A DNA stretch of 64,000 nucleotides from an uncultured Granulicatella sp. (GCF_938030755.1 NZ_CALHIF010000039.1:28274-92273), one strand, 5' to 3'. Shown: positions 17,558 through 28,523, numbered from the stretch's first letter. Notes: generated by a model from the letters alone, not told the origin. Translations and numbers: made by a program.

Positions 17558-18811
17558 ATGAATGCGGAAATTATAGCAGTCGGAACTGAACTACTTATGG
17601 GTCAAATTGTAAATACGAATAGCGCGTATTTAGCTCAAGAATTGGCGAAAAATTCGATACCAACTTACTATCAACAAGTGGTTGGGGATAATGAAGAAAG
17701 AATGTTTGAAGCGATTGAATTAGCTGCTTCAAGAAGTGAGTTGATTATTTTATCTGGAGGTCTTGGACCAACGAAAGATGATATTACTAAACAAGTACTG
17801 GCTCGATTTTTAGAAGTACCACTAGTCGAAGATGAGGTAGCTCTTCAAAAAGTGATTGATTTTCATGTACGTTCTCATAGAGATATGAGTGAAAATAATC
17901 GTAGACAGGCACTCGCATTCGAGGGCGGTACCGTTTTTAAAAATCATAACGGCCTTGCAGTAGGGTGCGGTTTTGAAAAAGATGGCCGTCAATTCATTGT
18001 TTTACCTGGACCACCAAATGAATTGAAAATGATGATGCAAAAAGAAGTGCTCCCTTTCTTAAGAAAGAAAGTGGGCAAGGTAGATTTATTCGAGTCTCGT
18101 TATTTACGCTTCTTTGGAATTGGGGAATCTCGTCTTGTAACCATTTTAGAAAATCTAATTGAAGAACAAACAAATCCAACGATTGCGCCATATGCTGGTA
18201 AATTCGAAGTGATGCTTCGTTTAACGGCTAATGGGGAAACAGTAGAAGAGTGCAAAGACCTTCTTGATGGAATGGAATTACTTATCCAATCACAAGTTGG
18301 AGAATTTTTTTATGGATATGGGGATCACAATACATTACAGGAAGTCACTGTTGAGTTATTAAAAGAATCAGGACTCACAATTTCCTCTGCTGAAAGTTTA
18401 ACGGGTGGATTGTTTGCAGCTAGTGTCGTGGCGTTCGAAGGAAGCTCGGCATACTTCCAAGGTGGAACAGTCGCCTATCAAAGAGAATCTAAAGAAACGC
18501 AACTAGGTATCGATAGCAACTTGCTAGATAAATACGGTATGGTCAGTGCAGAATGTGCCAAAGCTATGGCGGAGCAAGCAAGACTTCATTATCAAAGTGA
18601 TTTAGGAATTTCATTTACTGGAGTTGCAGGACCTAGTGAAATGGAAGGAAAAGAAGTCGGGACGATTTTCGTCGCATTAGCTTCTCAAACAAACGTTGAA
18701 GTTCTTGAATTACACCTTGCGCGTAATCGTAACGATAACCGTGAATTCGCGGTACAACATGGATGGAATTTACTCAGAAAATATTTATTAAAACAAGTTC
18801 GAACAAAATAA
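17558..18811 (+). CDS. cinA: Competence/damage-inducible protein CinA (MoCF-binding + NMN deamidase domains)
   Basis: MNAEIIAVGTELLMGQIVNTNSAYLAQEL N-terminus and a C-terminal PncC-like domain (SAESLTGGL). Lies immediately upstream of recA. Confidence 0.92.
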   Translation: MNAEIIAVGTELLMGQIVNTNSAYLAQELAKNSIPTYYQQVVGDNEERMFEAIELAASRSELIILSGGLGPTKDDITKQVLARFLEVPLVEDEVALQKVIDFHVRSHRDMSENNRRQALAFEGGTVFKNHNGLAVGCGFEKDGRQFIVLPGPPNELKMMMQKEVLPFLRKKVGKVDLFESRYLRFFGIGESRLVTILENLIEEQTNPTIAPYAGKFEVMLRLTANGETVEECKDLLDGMELLIQSQVGEFFYGYGDHNTLQEVTVELLKESGLTISSAESLTGGLFAASVVAFEGSSAYFQGGTVAYQRESKETQLGIDSNLLDKYGMVSAECAKAMAEQARLHYQSDLGISFTGVAGPSEMEGKEVGTIFVALASQTNVEVLELHLARNRNDNREFAVQHGWNLLRKYLLKQVRTK

Positions 18812-18824
18812 GAACAAACGTTCG
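18811..18824. promoter_or_regulatory. LexA operator (Cheo box) upstream of recA
   Basis: AGAACAAACGTTCG matches the Firmicute consensus CGAAC-N4-GTTCG at 13 of 14 positions. It lies about 73 nt upstream of the recA ATG. Confidence 0.7.
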
Positions 18825-18896
18825 TATATTGCTTGCGCATAGAATAGAACATAGTGTACAATATGTTTGACTTAAAATTCGTGGAGGAATTAAAAC

Positions 18897-19943
18897 ATGG
18901 CAGAAAATGAAAATCGTCAAAGAGCATTGGAAGATGCGCTGAAGAAAATTGAAAAGAGCTACGGTAAAGGTGCCGTAATGAAATTAGGAGAAAAAGTAGA
19001 TACACAAATTCAAACAGTATCTTCAGGGTCTCTTGCATTAGATATCGCATTAGGCGTAGGTGGATTTCCACGTGGACGTATCATCGAAGTATACGGACCA
19101 GAATCTTCAGGTAAAACAACCGTTGCACTTCATGCTGTTGCAGAAGTGCAAAAACGTGGTGGAGTAGCAGCATTTATCGATGCTGAGCATGCTCTAGATC
19201 CAGAATACGCAAAAGCTTTAGGCGTAAACATTGATGAATTATTATTATCTCAACCAGATACAGGGGAACAAGGATTAGGAATTGCAGATGCGTTAGTATC
19301 ATCAGGAGCGGTTGACATTGTGATCGTTGACTCAGTTGCTGCGTTAGTTCCACGTGCCGAAATCGATGGCGACATGGGACAATCTCACGTAGGGCTTCAA
19401 GCTCGTTTAATGTCTCAAGCATTACGTAAATTATCAGGTTCCATTAACAAAACAAAAACAATCGCAATCTTTATCAACCAAATTCGTGAAAAAGTGGGCG
19501 TTATGTTCGGAAATCCTGAAACAACACCTGGTGGACGTGCCTTGAAATTCTACGCGACAGTTCGTTTAGAAGTACGTCGTGCAGACCAAATCAAACAAGG
19601 TACGGAAATTTTAGGGAACCAAACTAAAATTAAAGTTGTTAAAAATAAAGTGGCTCCACCATTTAAAACAGCTGTTGTGGATATCATGTATGGAGAAGGA
19701 ATTTCTCAACTTGGGGAATTACTCGACATGGCAGCAGACCTCGACTTCGTGAAGAAGAGCGGTGCATGGTACGCTTATAACGACGAGAAGATTGGTCAAG
19801 GTCGTGAGAATGCAAAAGCATACTTGGCAGACCATCCTGAAGTCGTTTCTGACTTGAACCAAAAAGTTCGTGCTCACTATGGCATTGGAGTAGCAGTTCC
19901 TGTTGAAGTGGAAGAAGAAGGACAAACAAGTTTATTAGACTAA
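18897..19943 (+). CDS. recA: Recombinase RecA
   Basis: Near-canonical RecA sequence with Walker [19 protein letters not shown]. Confidence 0.98.
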   Translation: MAENENRQRALEDALKKIEKSYGKGAVMKLGEKVDTQIQTVSSGSLALDIALGVGGFPRGRIIEVYGPESSGKTTVALHAVAEVQKRGGVAAFIDAEHALDPEYAKALGVNIDELLLSQPDTGEQGLGIADALVSSGAVDIVIVDSVAALVPRAEIDGDMGQSHVGLQARLMSQALRKLSGSINKTKTIAIFINQIREKVGVMFGNPETTPGGRALKFYATVRLEVRRADQIKQGTEILGNQTKIKVVKNKVAPPFKTAVVDIMYGEGISQLGELLDMAADLDFVKKSGAWYAYNDEKIGQGRENAKAYLADHPEVVSDLNQKVRAHYGIGVAVPVEVEEEGQTSLLD

Positions 19944-19955
19944 TCAAATCAATAG

Positions 19956-19988
19956 AAAGAATCGGGCTAAAGGGCTCGGTTCTTTTTT
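19956..19988 (+). terminator. Rho-independent terminator of recA
   Basis: Stem AAAGAATCGGGC / GCTCGGTTCTTT (with G-U pairs) plus T6. Confidence 0.7.
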
Positions 19989-20096
19989 ATGCAAAGTTTA
20001 GTAACTGCTTAAGGTTTCATAAGAATGCTAGCAATTTACTTTAAAATAATGTACTCTTATGGTTGGTATAATTTAAGAAAGAGGATTTATCAATAT

Positions 20097-21767
20097 ATGT
20101 TTAAAAGAAAGCCTTATGTAGGCCTAAGTGATAAAATTCGAAATCAGAAGAATTCGCAACAAATTCTCTTGGAAAGTTCATCTTGGTTAACGATTGGGAA
20201 TATCGTCTCAAGATTACTTGGAGCGCTTTATATCATTCCTTGGGGAATATGGATGGGTGCCGATAGGGATAATGCGAACTACTTATATTTTATCGCCTAT
20301 AATATTTATGCATTAGTATTACAAATATCAACAGCAGGGATTCCAGTTGCGATTTCTAAAATCGTAGCGGACAACCATGCAAGAAGAGATTATAAAACGA
20401 GTTGGCGATTGTTTAAAGGAACAATGCTCTTTATGACGTTCCTAGGGTTTGTCTTTGCAGCAGGAATGTATTTTGCAGCGCCGCTGTTTGCAAAAGGAGC
20501 TACTCCTGAAGAGATTGCAGATAGTATTTTGGTCATCCGTTCGTTAACGCCTGCAGTACTCATTATTCCACCGCTTAGCTTAATGCGTGGATACTATCAA
20601 GGATATAATGAGATGGCTGCTTCTGCTAAATCTCAATTATGGGAACAAGTAGTTCGTATCTTATATATGTTAGGACTAACGTATTTTGTAATGCGTGTCG
20701 TTTCTGGCGGATATGTTCTTGCAGTAGCCCATTCAACCTTTGCTGCCTTTGTGGGAGCTGTTATCGCGTTCTTATACTTAGCGTATAAGATGTTCCGCGA
20801 CCATAAAGGAATGATGGAATTAATGGAGGAAGGTCGTCCTGAACGTCCATTAAGTTTCTGGAAAATTATTTTTGAAGTGATGCGTGAAGCTCTACCGTTC
20901 GTATTAGTTACTTCAAGTATCCAAATCATCAGTTTGATTGACCAGGAAACCTTCCAACGTTTTGTGCCAATCTTTACGACTTACTCTTTTGAGGAAGGAA
21001 AAGAACTCATCACTTTATTTGGATTTAATGCGAATAAGATTATTATGATCGTTATTTCGCTAGCGATGAGTATTTCAACCGCGGCATTACCACTGCTTGC
21101 GGCTCATTATTCTGTGAATGATCGTGAAGAAGTCAAACTCGTCATAGCGAATAATCTTGGATTATTTGCGTATATTATGATTCCAGCTTCTGTCGGGATG
21201 GCGATTGTATCGGAACCAATTTATAATGTGTTCTATTCACCAGACCCAACTGGAACGTATTTACTAATCGTCTCATGTGTCATGTGTCTGTTCTTAGGAT
21301 TATTTGTAACGTTCACATACATCTTACAATCGATGGAACAACATATCATCGCAATTAAAGCTTTAGGATTTACAGTGATTATTAAATTGCTATGGCAACC
21401 AATGATGATGTACTTCCTTGGTGGAGCAGGTCCGTTAATTGCAAGTTCGGTTGCGTTCTTCGTGGCTACACTGTATATGTGTCGTCACGTTCTTCGATTG
21501 ACTCGATTCGATTTGAATTATGTGTTGAAGAAATTTGGTCAAGTGCTTCTTGCTTCTTTTGCAATGGCTGTGGCTTCTGCGATTACATTATTTGCAATTA
21601 AACAAGTCATGCCAATTGGTGGTAAAGTACGTGCTTTAATTGCAGTTGCTGTAGTTGGTCTTGTCGGAGTAGCGACATACGGGTTGATTACCTTGAAGAA
21701 TCGATTAGCAGATGAGATGCTTGGCGCTCGTATCGGTGGCATTCGTCGTAAATTGAGGATGAAATAA
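20097..21767 (+). CDS. MOP-superfamily flippase (YtgP/MurJ-like polysaccharide/lipid II biosynthesis protein)
   Basis: About 14 TM helices, with SSSWLTIGNIVSRLLGALYIIPW typical of the YtgP/SpoVB/MurJ family. ATG 20097 preferred. The track start at 20025 adds an implausible N-terminus. Confidence 0.8.
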   Translation: MFKRKPYVGLSDKIRNQKNSQQILLESSSWLTIGNIVSRLLGALYIIPWGIWMGADRDNANYLYFIAYNIYALVLQISTAGIPVAISKIVADNHARRDYKTSWRLFKGTMLFMTFLGFVFAAGMYFAAPLFAKGATPEEIADSILVIRSLTPAVLIIPPLSLMRGYYQGYNEMAASAKSQLWEQVVRILYMLGLTYFVMRVVSGGYVLAVAHSTFAAFVGAVIAFLYLAYKMFRDHKGMMELMEEGRPERPLSFWKIIFEVMREALPFVLVTSSIQIISLIDQETFQRFVPIFTTYSFEEGKELITLFGFNANKIIMIVISLAMSISTAALPLLAAHYSVNDREEVKLVIANNLGLFAYIMIPASVGMAIVSEPIYNVFYSPDPTGTYLLIVSCVMCLFLGLFVTFTYILQSMEQHIIAIKALGFTVIIKLLWQPMMMYFLGGAGPLIASSVAFFVATLYMCRHVLRLTRFDLNYVLKKFGQVLLASFAMAVASAITLFAIKQVMPIGGKVRALIAVAVVGLVGVATYGLITLKNRLADEMLGARIGGIRRKLRMK

Positions 21768-22495
21768 TGAGAATAGATAAATGTTTAGCAGATTGTGGCC
21801 TTGGAACTCGTTCCGAGGTCAAATCTTTATTAAAGGCCAAAAGAATTACCGTTAATGGTAAAGTCGTAACGAATGGAAAAGTTCAAGTGAATCCTGAAAC
21901 CGATGAGATTTTATTCGATGGCGAAAAGATTCAGTATGAAGAGTTTGTCTATATTATGATGAATAAACCTAAAGGAGTCGTTAGTGCCACAGAAGATAAT
22001 CTTCATAAGACGGTTCTGGATTTAATAGACCCCGTTTATTTAAAAAAAGGAGTCTTTCCTGTTGGGCGTTTGGATATCGATACGCACGGTTTATTACTGT
22101 TGACAAATGATGGAGAATTGGCACACCGTCTTCTTTCACCAAAGAAACACGTCACAAAAATCTATCAAGCAAGAGTTGATGGCGTGATGACAGAGGAAGA
22201 TGCCGCTACTTTTGAGAGGGGCATTGTGTTATCGGATGGGACGGAGTACATGCCGGCACGTTTGGATATTCTTAGCACATCGCAGGATGAATCGATTATT
22301 CAGATTCACCTGAAAGAGGGGAAATTCCATCAAGTGAAACGGATGGTAAAGGCTTGTGGGAAAACCGTTGTCGATTTAGAGCGACTCACGATGGGACCAT
22401 TACGCTTAGATAAGGGACTTGCTTTAGGAGAGAGTAGACTACTAACAGAAGAAGAACGACAATCATTAGAAATCAATGACGAACAGAAAGCTTAG
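21767..22495 (+). CDS. RsuA/RluB-family rRNA pseudouridine synthase
   Basis: S4 domain at the N-terminus and catalytic motif VGRLDIDTHGLLLLTNDGEL. The start overlaps the upstream stop (TAATG). Confidence 0.88.
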   Translation: MRIDKCLADCGLGTRSEVKSLLKAKRITVNGKVVTNGKVQVNPETDEILFDGEKIQYEEFVYIMMNKPKGVVSATEDNLHKTVLDLIDPVYLKKGVFPVGRLDIDTHGLLLLTNDGELAHRLLSPKKHVTKIYQARVDGVMTEEDAATFERGIVLSDGTEYMPARLDILSTSQDESIIQIHLKEGKFHQVKRMVKACGKTVVDLERLTMGPLRLDKGLALGESRLLTEEERQSLEINDEQKA

Positions 22496-22516
22496 GAGAA
22501 ATCCTAGGCTTTTATT
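22488..22516 (+). terminator. Probable terminator overlapping the stop codon
   Basis: Stem AGCTTAGGA / TCCTAGGCT (one G-U pair) plus TTTTATTT. Confidence 0.55.
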
Positions 22517-22608
22517 TGTTATAGAAAGGGTTTAACCGCTTTTCATCCCTTTGTAAAAATGGTAAGATAAAACTATTGAATCTACTTGATAGAGATTGGA
22601 GCGATTGG

Positions 22609-24018
22609 ATGACAATTGATTGGAAAAAAGAAGTAGAACTTCGTAAAGAAGATTTATTAAAAGATTTATTTACATTATTACGTATTGACAGTGTACGTGA
22701 TGATTCAAAAGCGACAGAGGAAGCGCCTGTAGGTCCTGGTCCTAAAGAAGCACTAGAAGCTTTCTTAGCAATCGGTGAACGTGATGGTTTCACAACAAAA
22801 CAAGTTGGTAACTTAGCAGGACATATCGAATTTGCACCAAATCCAGACTTTAAAGAAACTCTTGGAGTTTTAGGTCACGTGGACGTTGTTCCAGTTGGGA
22901 CAGGCTGGGATACAGATCCGTTTGAACCACAAATTATAAATGATCGTATTTATGCACGTGGATCAAGTGATGATAAAGGGCCAAGTATGGCAGCTTACTA
23001 CGCGCTAAAAATCATTAAGGAATTAGGATTACCAGTTTCTAGACGTGTTCGTTTCATTATCGGAACAGACGAAGAATCCGGTTGGAAATGTATGGACCGT
23101 TACTTCCAAACAGAAGAAATGCCAGACTTTGGTTTCTCGCCAGATGCAACATTTCCAATTATTAACGGGGAAAAAGGAATTCTGTCATTACACTATGATA
23201 TTCCAGGTGAAGCATCCGAAGGGGATTACCAATTATTAAGCTTTGATGCAGGCTTACGTGAAAACATGGTTCCTCAAGATGCGCATGCGGAAATTATTGT
23301 TCCAAATGCAGAAGAATTGGTGGATCGTTTCAACAAATATTTAGCAGTAAACCCAGTAGAAGGTTCTGCTAAAGTTGTAGATGAAAAAGTAGTTCTTGAT
23401 ATGGTTGGTAAATCAGCACACGGATCTACTCCAGATAAAGGAATCAATGCTGGTACACACTTAGCGAAATTCTTAAACCAATTCAACTTCAAAGGCAACG
23501 CGAAGAAATATTTAGCATTTGCTGCAGAAGTATTACATGAAGATACAGAAGGTAAAAACTTAAAAGTGGCTTATACCCATGAAGTGATGGGACCATTAAC
23601 AGCTAATGCCGGAATCTTCACTTATACTCCAGAATTAGGTGGGGTAGCTGTAGTAAACTTCCGTTATCCATTAGGGGTCACTGCGGAAGGACTTGAAATT
23701 AAGACAGAAGTAGTTGCTTCAGGATATGGGTTCACGGTTGCTCACGGTAAAGCACAAGTCCCTCACTATGTTTCTCCAGAAGATGAGTTAGTGTCAACAT
23801 TATTAGATATATATCACCGTCAAACAGGATTACCCGCACATGAACAATCCATCGGTGGTGGAACATATGGACGTATCTTCGAACGTGGTGTAGCATATGG
23901 TGCGCTATTCCCGGACTCAATCGATACAATGCATCAAGCAAATGAATTCTTCGCTTTAGAGGATTTATTCAGATCTACAGCAATATATGCAGAAGCGATT
24001 TATGAATTAATTAAGTAA
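22609..24018 (+). CDS. pepV: M20-family dipeptidase PepV
   Basis: GHVDVVP and ARGSSDDKGP metal-binding motifs. About 470 aa. ATG 22609 (MTIDWKKEV) lies 7 nt after GGAG. The track TTG start at 22576 is less likely. Confidence 0.88.
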   Translation: MTIDWKKEVELRKEDLLKDLFTLLRIDSVRDDSKATEEAPVGPGPKEALEAFLAIGERDGFTTKQVGNLAGHIEFAPNPDFKETLGVLGHVDVVPVGTGWDTDPFEPQIINDRIYARGSSDDKGPSMAAYYALKIIKELGLPVSRRVRFIIGTDEESGWKCMDRYFQTEEMPDFGFSPDATFPIINGEKGILSLHYDIPGEASEGDYQLLSFDAGLRENMVPQDAHAEIIVPNAEELVDRFNKYLAVNPVEGSAKVVDEKVVLDMVGKSAHGSTPDKGINAGTHLAKFLNQFNFKGNAKKYLAFAAEVLHEDTEGKNLKVAYTHEVMGPLTANAGIFTYTPELGGVAVVNFRYPLGVTAEGLEIKTEVVASGYGFTVAHGKAQVPHYVSPEDELVSTLLDIYHRQTGLPAHEQSIGGGTYGRIFERGVAYGALFPDSIDTMHQANEFFALEDLFRSTAIYAEAIYELIK

Positions 24019-24028
24019 AATTTTTGGG

Positions 24029-24060
24029 AAAGGTGGATGAACTTCATCCACTTTTTCTTT
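24029..24060 (+). terminator. Rho-independent terminator of pepV
   Basis: Stem GTGGATGA / TCATCCAC, extended by A-T pairs, plus a T-run. Confidence 0.75.
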
Positions 24061-24188
24061 TTCCATTAGAATGACAAAAAATCCCATGATTTCTTAAAAG
24101 TTCTTTGCTATTCATTTGTAAAACGTGCTATACTACTAATGATATTATGTGTGAAAACTGTAAATTATTCATTTTTGGAGGCTAAAGC

Positions 24189-25910
24189 ATGGGATTTATA
24201 ATCTTTCTAGTGCTGATTGTAGTACTGGGTGCTGCAGTATATGGAACAGCAATCTATTTAACAAGAAAACAAAATAAAGTGATTGAGGAATTATCTGAGA
24301 AAAAAGATAAATTAATGGCAGTGCCAATTGCGGATACTTTCTATACTTTGAAGAATCTAAATCTAACAGGTCAAACAAAGAGAACTTACGAAACATGGCA
24401 AGCGACTTGGCAAACAATCACACGTTTTAGATTTCCTGAAATTGAAGCTGCTCTAGTAAGTGCAGAACAATATATTCAAAAATTAAACTTCTTTAAGGGG
24501 AGACAAGTTACTCAACAAGCTGAGAACTTAATAGAAGAAACAAAAGCAGAAGTTGATAAAATCTATTCAGCATTACAAAAATTATTAGATAGTGAGAAGC
24601 AAAATAGAGCGGAGTTAGATTTATTACAAGAACGTTATGCTTCAATGAGAAAAGATTTATTAGCACATAGCTTTTCGTTTGGAGAGGCTTTAGAGACTTT
24701 AGAAAAACGTTTAGCATACTTAGAGTTAGACTTCGCAAAGTTTAATACTTTAACAAACGAAGGAGACCACTTAGAAGCTAAGGAAGTACTTGGTCGTATT
24801 GAGAAAGAGATGAAAGAATTTGAATCCATCGTGGAACAAGTTCCTCAACTCTTAAAAGAAATTGATACTGTCTATAATGAACAAGTGGAAGATTTAAAAC
24901 AAGGCTACAAGAGAATGGTTGAAGAACATTATCAATTCTCAAAAATTTCTATTCCTGATGAAATTGAGAGCATTGAAAAAACGATTCAAGTGGCTCGTAA
25001 CCATATTGCTGCTACAGAATTAGAGGAAGCTCGTCAACAATTAGATAAAGTAGCTCGTGAAATCGACCAACTTTACGATGTGATGGAAGCAGAAATTGAA
25101 GCACGTGAATTTGTATACCGTAACAAAGCGCAAGTTGAAAAACGATTGAACCAAGTATTACAAAGCAACCGTTATGTGAATATTGAGGTTGATCGTGTAT
25201 CACAAAATTATATTTTATCGAATAATGAATTTGTTCGTGTTCAAGAATTTGCTGAACAATTAGAAAAAGAACAAGAAGCTATTCAATACTACAGCAAGGC
25301 GATGAAAAATCATCAAGTACCTTACTCCGTTGTAAAAGAACATTACGAACTCGTTCTTGATAAATTAAATAGTATTGATGAAGATCAAACGGATTTAGTG
25401 AATACATTATCTGATTTACGTAGCCAAGAAAAAGCGATTCGTGATGGATTAGATGTCTTCGAATTAGACTTACGTAATATGAAACGTACGATTGAGAAGT
25501 ACCACTTACCAGGTCTTCCAAAAGAATACTTAGAATTATTCTTTGCCACAAGCAACCGTATTGAGCAATTATGGCAAAAGATGAATCGTGTGAAGTTAGA
25601 TATGAGTGAAATTAACGCCGCAAATAACGTGATTGAAGAGGATGTTGAGAAATTAGATATCCTTACAGAGCAAATTGTGGATAACGCTCAATTAACGGAG
25701 TATATGATTCAACATGCCAACCGTTACCGTTTATCCCATCCTGAAATCGAAACAGCAATTGGTCGTGCCCTTGACCAATTCAACCACACATTCAAATACG
25801 ATGAATCATTACAAATTATTGAATCAGCGTTAGAAACTGTGGAACCAGGTGCAGGTAACCGAGTACGTCAAAACTATCAAGCAGAAAAGAATAATAGTTT
25901 ATTCTTCTAA
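24189..25910 (+). CDS. ezrA: Septation ring formation regulator EzrA
   Basis: Single N-terminal TM helix followed by ~540 aa of coiled-coil repeats. Size and composition are typical of EzrA. Confidence 0.9.
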   Translation: MGFIIFLVLIVVLGAAVYGTAIYLTRKQNKVIEELSEKKDKLMAVPIADTFYTLKNLNLTGQTKRTYETWQATWQTITRFRFPEIEAALVSAEQYIQKLNFFKGRQVTQQAENLIEETKAEVDKIYSALQKLLDSEKQNRAELDLLQERYASMRKDLLAHSFSFGEALETLEKRLAYLELDFAKFNTLTNEGDHLEAKEVLGRIEKEMKEFESIVEQVPQLLKEIDTVYNEQVEDLKQGYKRMVEEHYQFSKISIPDEIESIEKTIQVARNHIAATELEEARQQLDKVAREIDQLYDVMEAEIEAREFVYRNKAQVEKRLNQVLQSNRYVNIEVDRVSQNYILSNNEFVRVQEFAEQLEKEQEAIQYYSKAMKNHQVPYSVVKEHYELVLDKLNSIDEDQTDLVNTLSDLRSQEKAIRDGLDVFELDLRNMKRTIEKYHLPGLPKEYLELFFATSNRIEQLWQKMNRVKLDMSEINAANNVIEEDVEKLDILTEQIVDNAQLTEYMIQHANRYRLSHPEIETAIGRALDQFNHTFKYDESLQIIESALETVEPGAGNRVRQNYQAEKNNSLFF

Positions 25911-25922
25911 TGTAAATATTCT

Positions 25923-25955
25923 AGCCACATGAGTGAGAGCTCACGTGGCTTTTTT
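25923..25955 (+). terminator. Rho-independent terminator of ezrA
   Basis: Stem AGCCACATGAG / CTCACGTGGCT (one mismatch) plus T6. Confidence 0.75.
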
Positions 25956-26085
25956 ATTCAATAAGGTCTTTCTTTCAATTAGTTAAACATAAGATATCGT
26001 ATCATATTCAAGTTTTTCGGATAGAAAATCTATATTTCTTTATTAGGGGTAGGTGTATACTAAGTACAGATGAAGGAGGGGTAAG

Positions 26086-26778
26086 ATGGATTTAGTATTT
26101 ATGGGTAGCGTATTTTTGGCGGGGCTTTTATCGTTTTTTTCACCCTGTGTTTTACCGCTATTTCCAGTATATTTTGGAGTCTTAATGAGTGAACAAGATG
26201 GAGCGCATATTAAACTGGGTAAGTTTTCTATTTATTGGAAACCAATTATTCGGACATTGATATTCATAGCGGGAATCTCAACAGTCTTTTTCTTTCTCGG
26301 ATTTGCAGCAACTATCTTAGGAAGCTTGATATACAATGCGTGGTTCAATATTTCTTTAGGAGTCATGATTGTTATTTTAGGTTTACATCAGATGGAATTC
26401 TTTCAATTTTTATTTTTACAAAAACAAAAGACTGTACAGTTTGAGATGAAGAATCAAAAGTCTTTATGGAGTAGTTACTTACTGGGGCTTAGCTTTAGTT
26501 TTGGTTGGACACCTTGTGTAGGTCCTGTACTGAGTGCGGTGTTGTCACTCATTTCAACACAACAGGCTAGTCCTTATTATGGAGTATTTTTATTATGTCT
26601 CTATATTCTTGGATTATCGATTCCGTTCTTAATACTATCGATTGCTTCAACTTTAGCATTTAAAGTCTTCAATCTTGCAAAAAAACGTTTAATGTTATTA
26701 AAAAAACTTGGTGGTTTAGTGATTGTGTTGATGGGCTTAGCTATTATTTGGGCACAGCTGCCACAAATACTTCACTAA
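26086..26778 (+). CDS. ccdA: CcdA/DsbD-family thiol-disulfide electron transporter
   Basis: Six TM helices with the two conserved Cys motifs FFSPCVLPLFP and GWTPCVGP. Confidence 0.9.
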   Translation: MDLVFMGSVFLAGLLSFFSPCVLPLFPVYFGVLMSEQDGAHIKLGKFSIYWKPIIRTLIFIAGISTVFFFLGFAATILGSLIYNAWFNISLGVMIVILGLHQMEFFQFLFLQKQKTVQFEMKNQKSLWSSYLLGLSFSFGWTPCVGPVLSAVLSLISTQQASPYYGVFLLCLYILGLSIPFLILSIASTLAFKVFNLAKKRLMLLKKLGGLVIVLMGLAIIWAQLPQILH

Positions 26779-26793
26779 TGAAAAGGAGAAATC

Positions 26794-27384
26794 ATGATGA
26801 AAAGAAAATTAATGTTAGCAGTATTTAGTACATTTTTATTAGCCGCTTGTCAAAACTCACAAATGGGTATGGATAAAATGGATATGAAAACTACTACTGA
26901 AGAAATGGGAATGATGAGCGAGCAAAAGACAGAAAATAAAGATTCAATGAATGGAAAAATGGGGATGTATGAAGTGAGTGGTTATACATTTAAAACTCTA
27001 GATGGAAAAGAAGTTTCTCTTGCAGAGTATAAGGGAAAGAAAATTTATGTAAAATTTTGGGCTTCTTGGTGCCCAATCTGTTTAGCAGGACTTGCAGATA
27101 TCAATCAATTAGCGGACATGCCTCCTAAAGATGCAGTCGTTCTAACCGTTGTTGCACCAGGTGTGAATCGTGAAAAGAGTTTAGAGGACTTCAAGGAATG
27201 GTTTTCAGGATTAGAGTACAAAACTCTTCCAGTTTTAGTAGATAATGACGGTCAGTTTTTAAAGAAATTAGGAATCGTTGGATACCCATCTTCAGCTTTT
27301 ATTGATGCAAATGGAAAAGTAGTAAGAGTTCAACCCGGTCACGTAACGAATGAGGATATCGTGAAGACTTTAGAAACACTCTAG
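26794..27384 (+). CDS. Surface thioredoxin-fold lipoprotein (TlpA/ResA/Etrx-like) with Met-rich tether
   Basis: Lipobox FLLAAC, a Met-rich linker, and the thioredoxin active site WASWCPIC. Confidence 0.88.
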   Translation: MMKRKLMLAVFSTFLLAACQNSQMGMDKMDMKTTTEEMGMMSEQKTENKDSMNGKMGMYEVSGYTFKTLDGKEVSLAEYKGKKIYVKFWASWCPICLAGLADINQLADMPPKDAVVLTVVAPGVNREKSLEDFKEWFSGLEYKTLPVLVDNDGQFLKKLGIVGYPSSAFIDANGKVVRVQPGHVTNEDIVKTLETL

Positions 27385-27400
27385 AGGAGGGGGGAGCAGA

Positions 27401-28516
27401 ATGGATAAAAAATTAATGATTGCAGTTGTTGTATTTCTTATTTTCTTAGCGGGAGCTTTGTATTTTGGTAAAGGAAATACAGTAGTCAGTTCTTCTGAAT
27501 CAGAATCTATCTCAAAAAAGGTGACGAATCTGATTGAAAAAGAAGAAAATAAATCTGATACAAAAAAGGAGGCAACAAACGTGAAAGAAATTTATTTAGC
27601 AGGTGGATGCTTTTGGGGACTTGAGGAATACTTTTCAAGAATCAATGGGGTCATCGATGTTGTCAGTGGTTACGCCAATGGGAATGTTGAAACAACTAAT
27701 TATCAACTCATCCACAGTACAGATCATGCAGAGACGATTCATGTGACTTATGATGCCGATAAGATCTCTCTAAGAGAATTATTGTTATACTACTTTAGAG
27801 TGATTGATCCATTTTCAGTGAATAAGCAAGGGAATGATGTTGGTCGCCAATATCGTACAGGAATTTATTATGTAGATGAAGCGGATAGTGCAATTATACA
27901 AGAAGTCATGAAAGAAAAAGAAGAACAGTTTGGAAAGAAATTAGCAGTTGAAACAGAAAAGCTACGTCATTTCGTGGTTGCTGAAGACTACCATCAAGAT
28001 TACCTAAAGAAACATCCCAACGGCTATTGTCATATCGATGTGAGAAAAGCTAATGATCCAGTGATTGATGTGAATAAGTATCCACTTCCTGATGAAGAAA
28101 CATTAAAGAAAACATTGACGAAGGAACAATATGCCGTAACTAGAGAAAACCGTACGGAATTAGCATTCTCAAATCAATATTGGAATAATCATGAAAAAGG
28201 AATTTATGTGGATGTAGCAACAGGAGAGCCACTCTTTTCTTCACGAGACAAATTTGATTCTGGATGCGGATGGCCAAGTTTCACGAAGCCAATTTCTTCA
28301 GAAGTAGTCACTTATCATGAAGATAATAGTTTTAATATGAAACGAGTGGAGGTAAGAAGTCGTATTGCAAATTCTCATTTAGGTCATGTGTTTGATGATG
28401 GTCCAAGTGATAAAGGTGGATTACGATTCTGTATTAATAGTGCTTCCATTAAGTTCATTCCTCTAGATGAAATGGATGCTCAAGGATATGGCTATTTGAA
28501 AAATTTTGTTGAATAA
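27401..28516 (+). CDS. msrAB: Membrane-anchored bifunctional methionine sulfoxide reductase MsrA-MsrB
   Basis: N-terminal TM anchor, MsrA motif GGCFWG, MsrB motifs CGWPSF and RFCINS. Confidence 0.92.
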   Translation: MDKKLMIAVVVFLIFLAGALYFGKGNTVVSSSESESISKKVTNLIEKEENKSDTKKEATNVKEIYLAGGCFWGLEEYFSRINGVIDVVSGYANGNVETTNYQLIHSTDHAETIHVTYDADKISLRELLLYYFRVIDPFSVNKQGNDVGRQYRTGIYYVDEADSAIIQEVMKEKEEQFGKKLAVETEKLRHFVVAEDYHQDYLKKHPNGYCHIDVRKANDPVIDVNKYPLPDEETLKKTLTKEQYAVTRENRTELAFSNQYWNNHEKGIYVDVATGEPLFSSRDKFDSGCGWPSFTKPISSEVVTYHEDNSFNMKRVEVRSRIANSHLGHVFDDGPSDKGGLRFCINSASIKFIPLDEMDAQGYGYLKNFVE

Positions 28517-28523
28517 CAATGAG

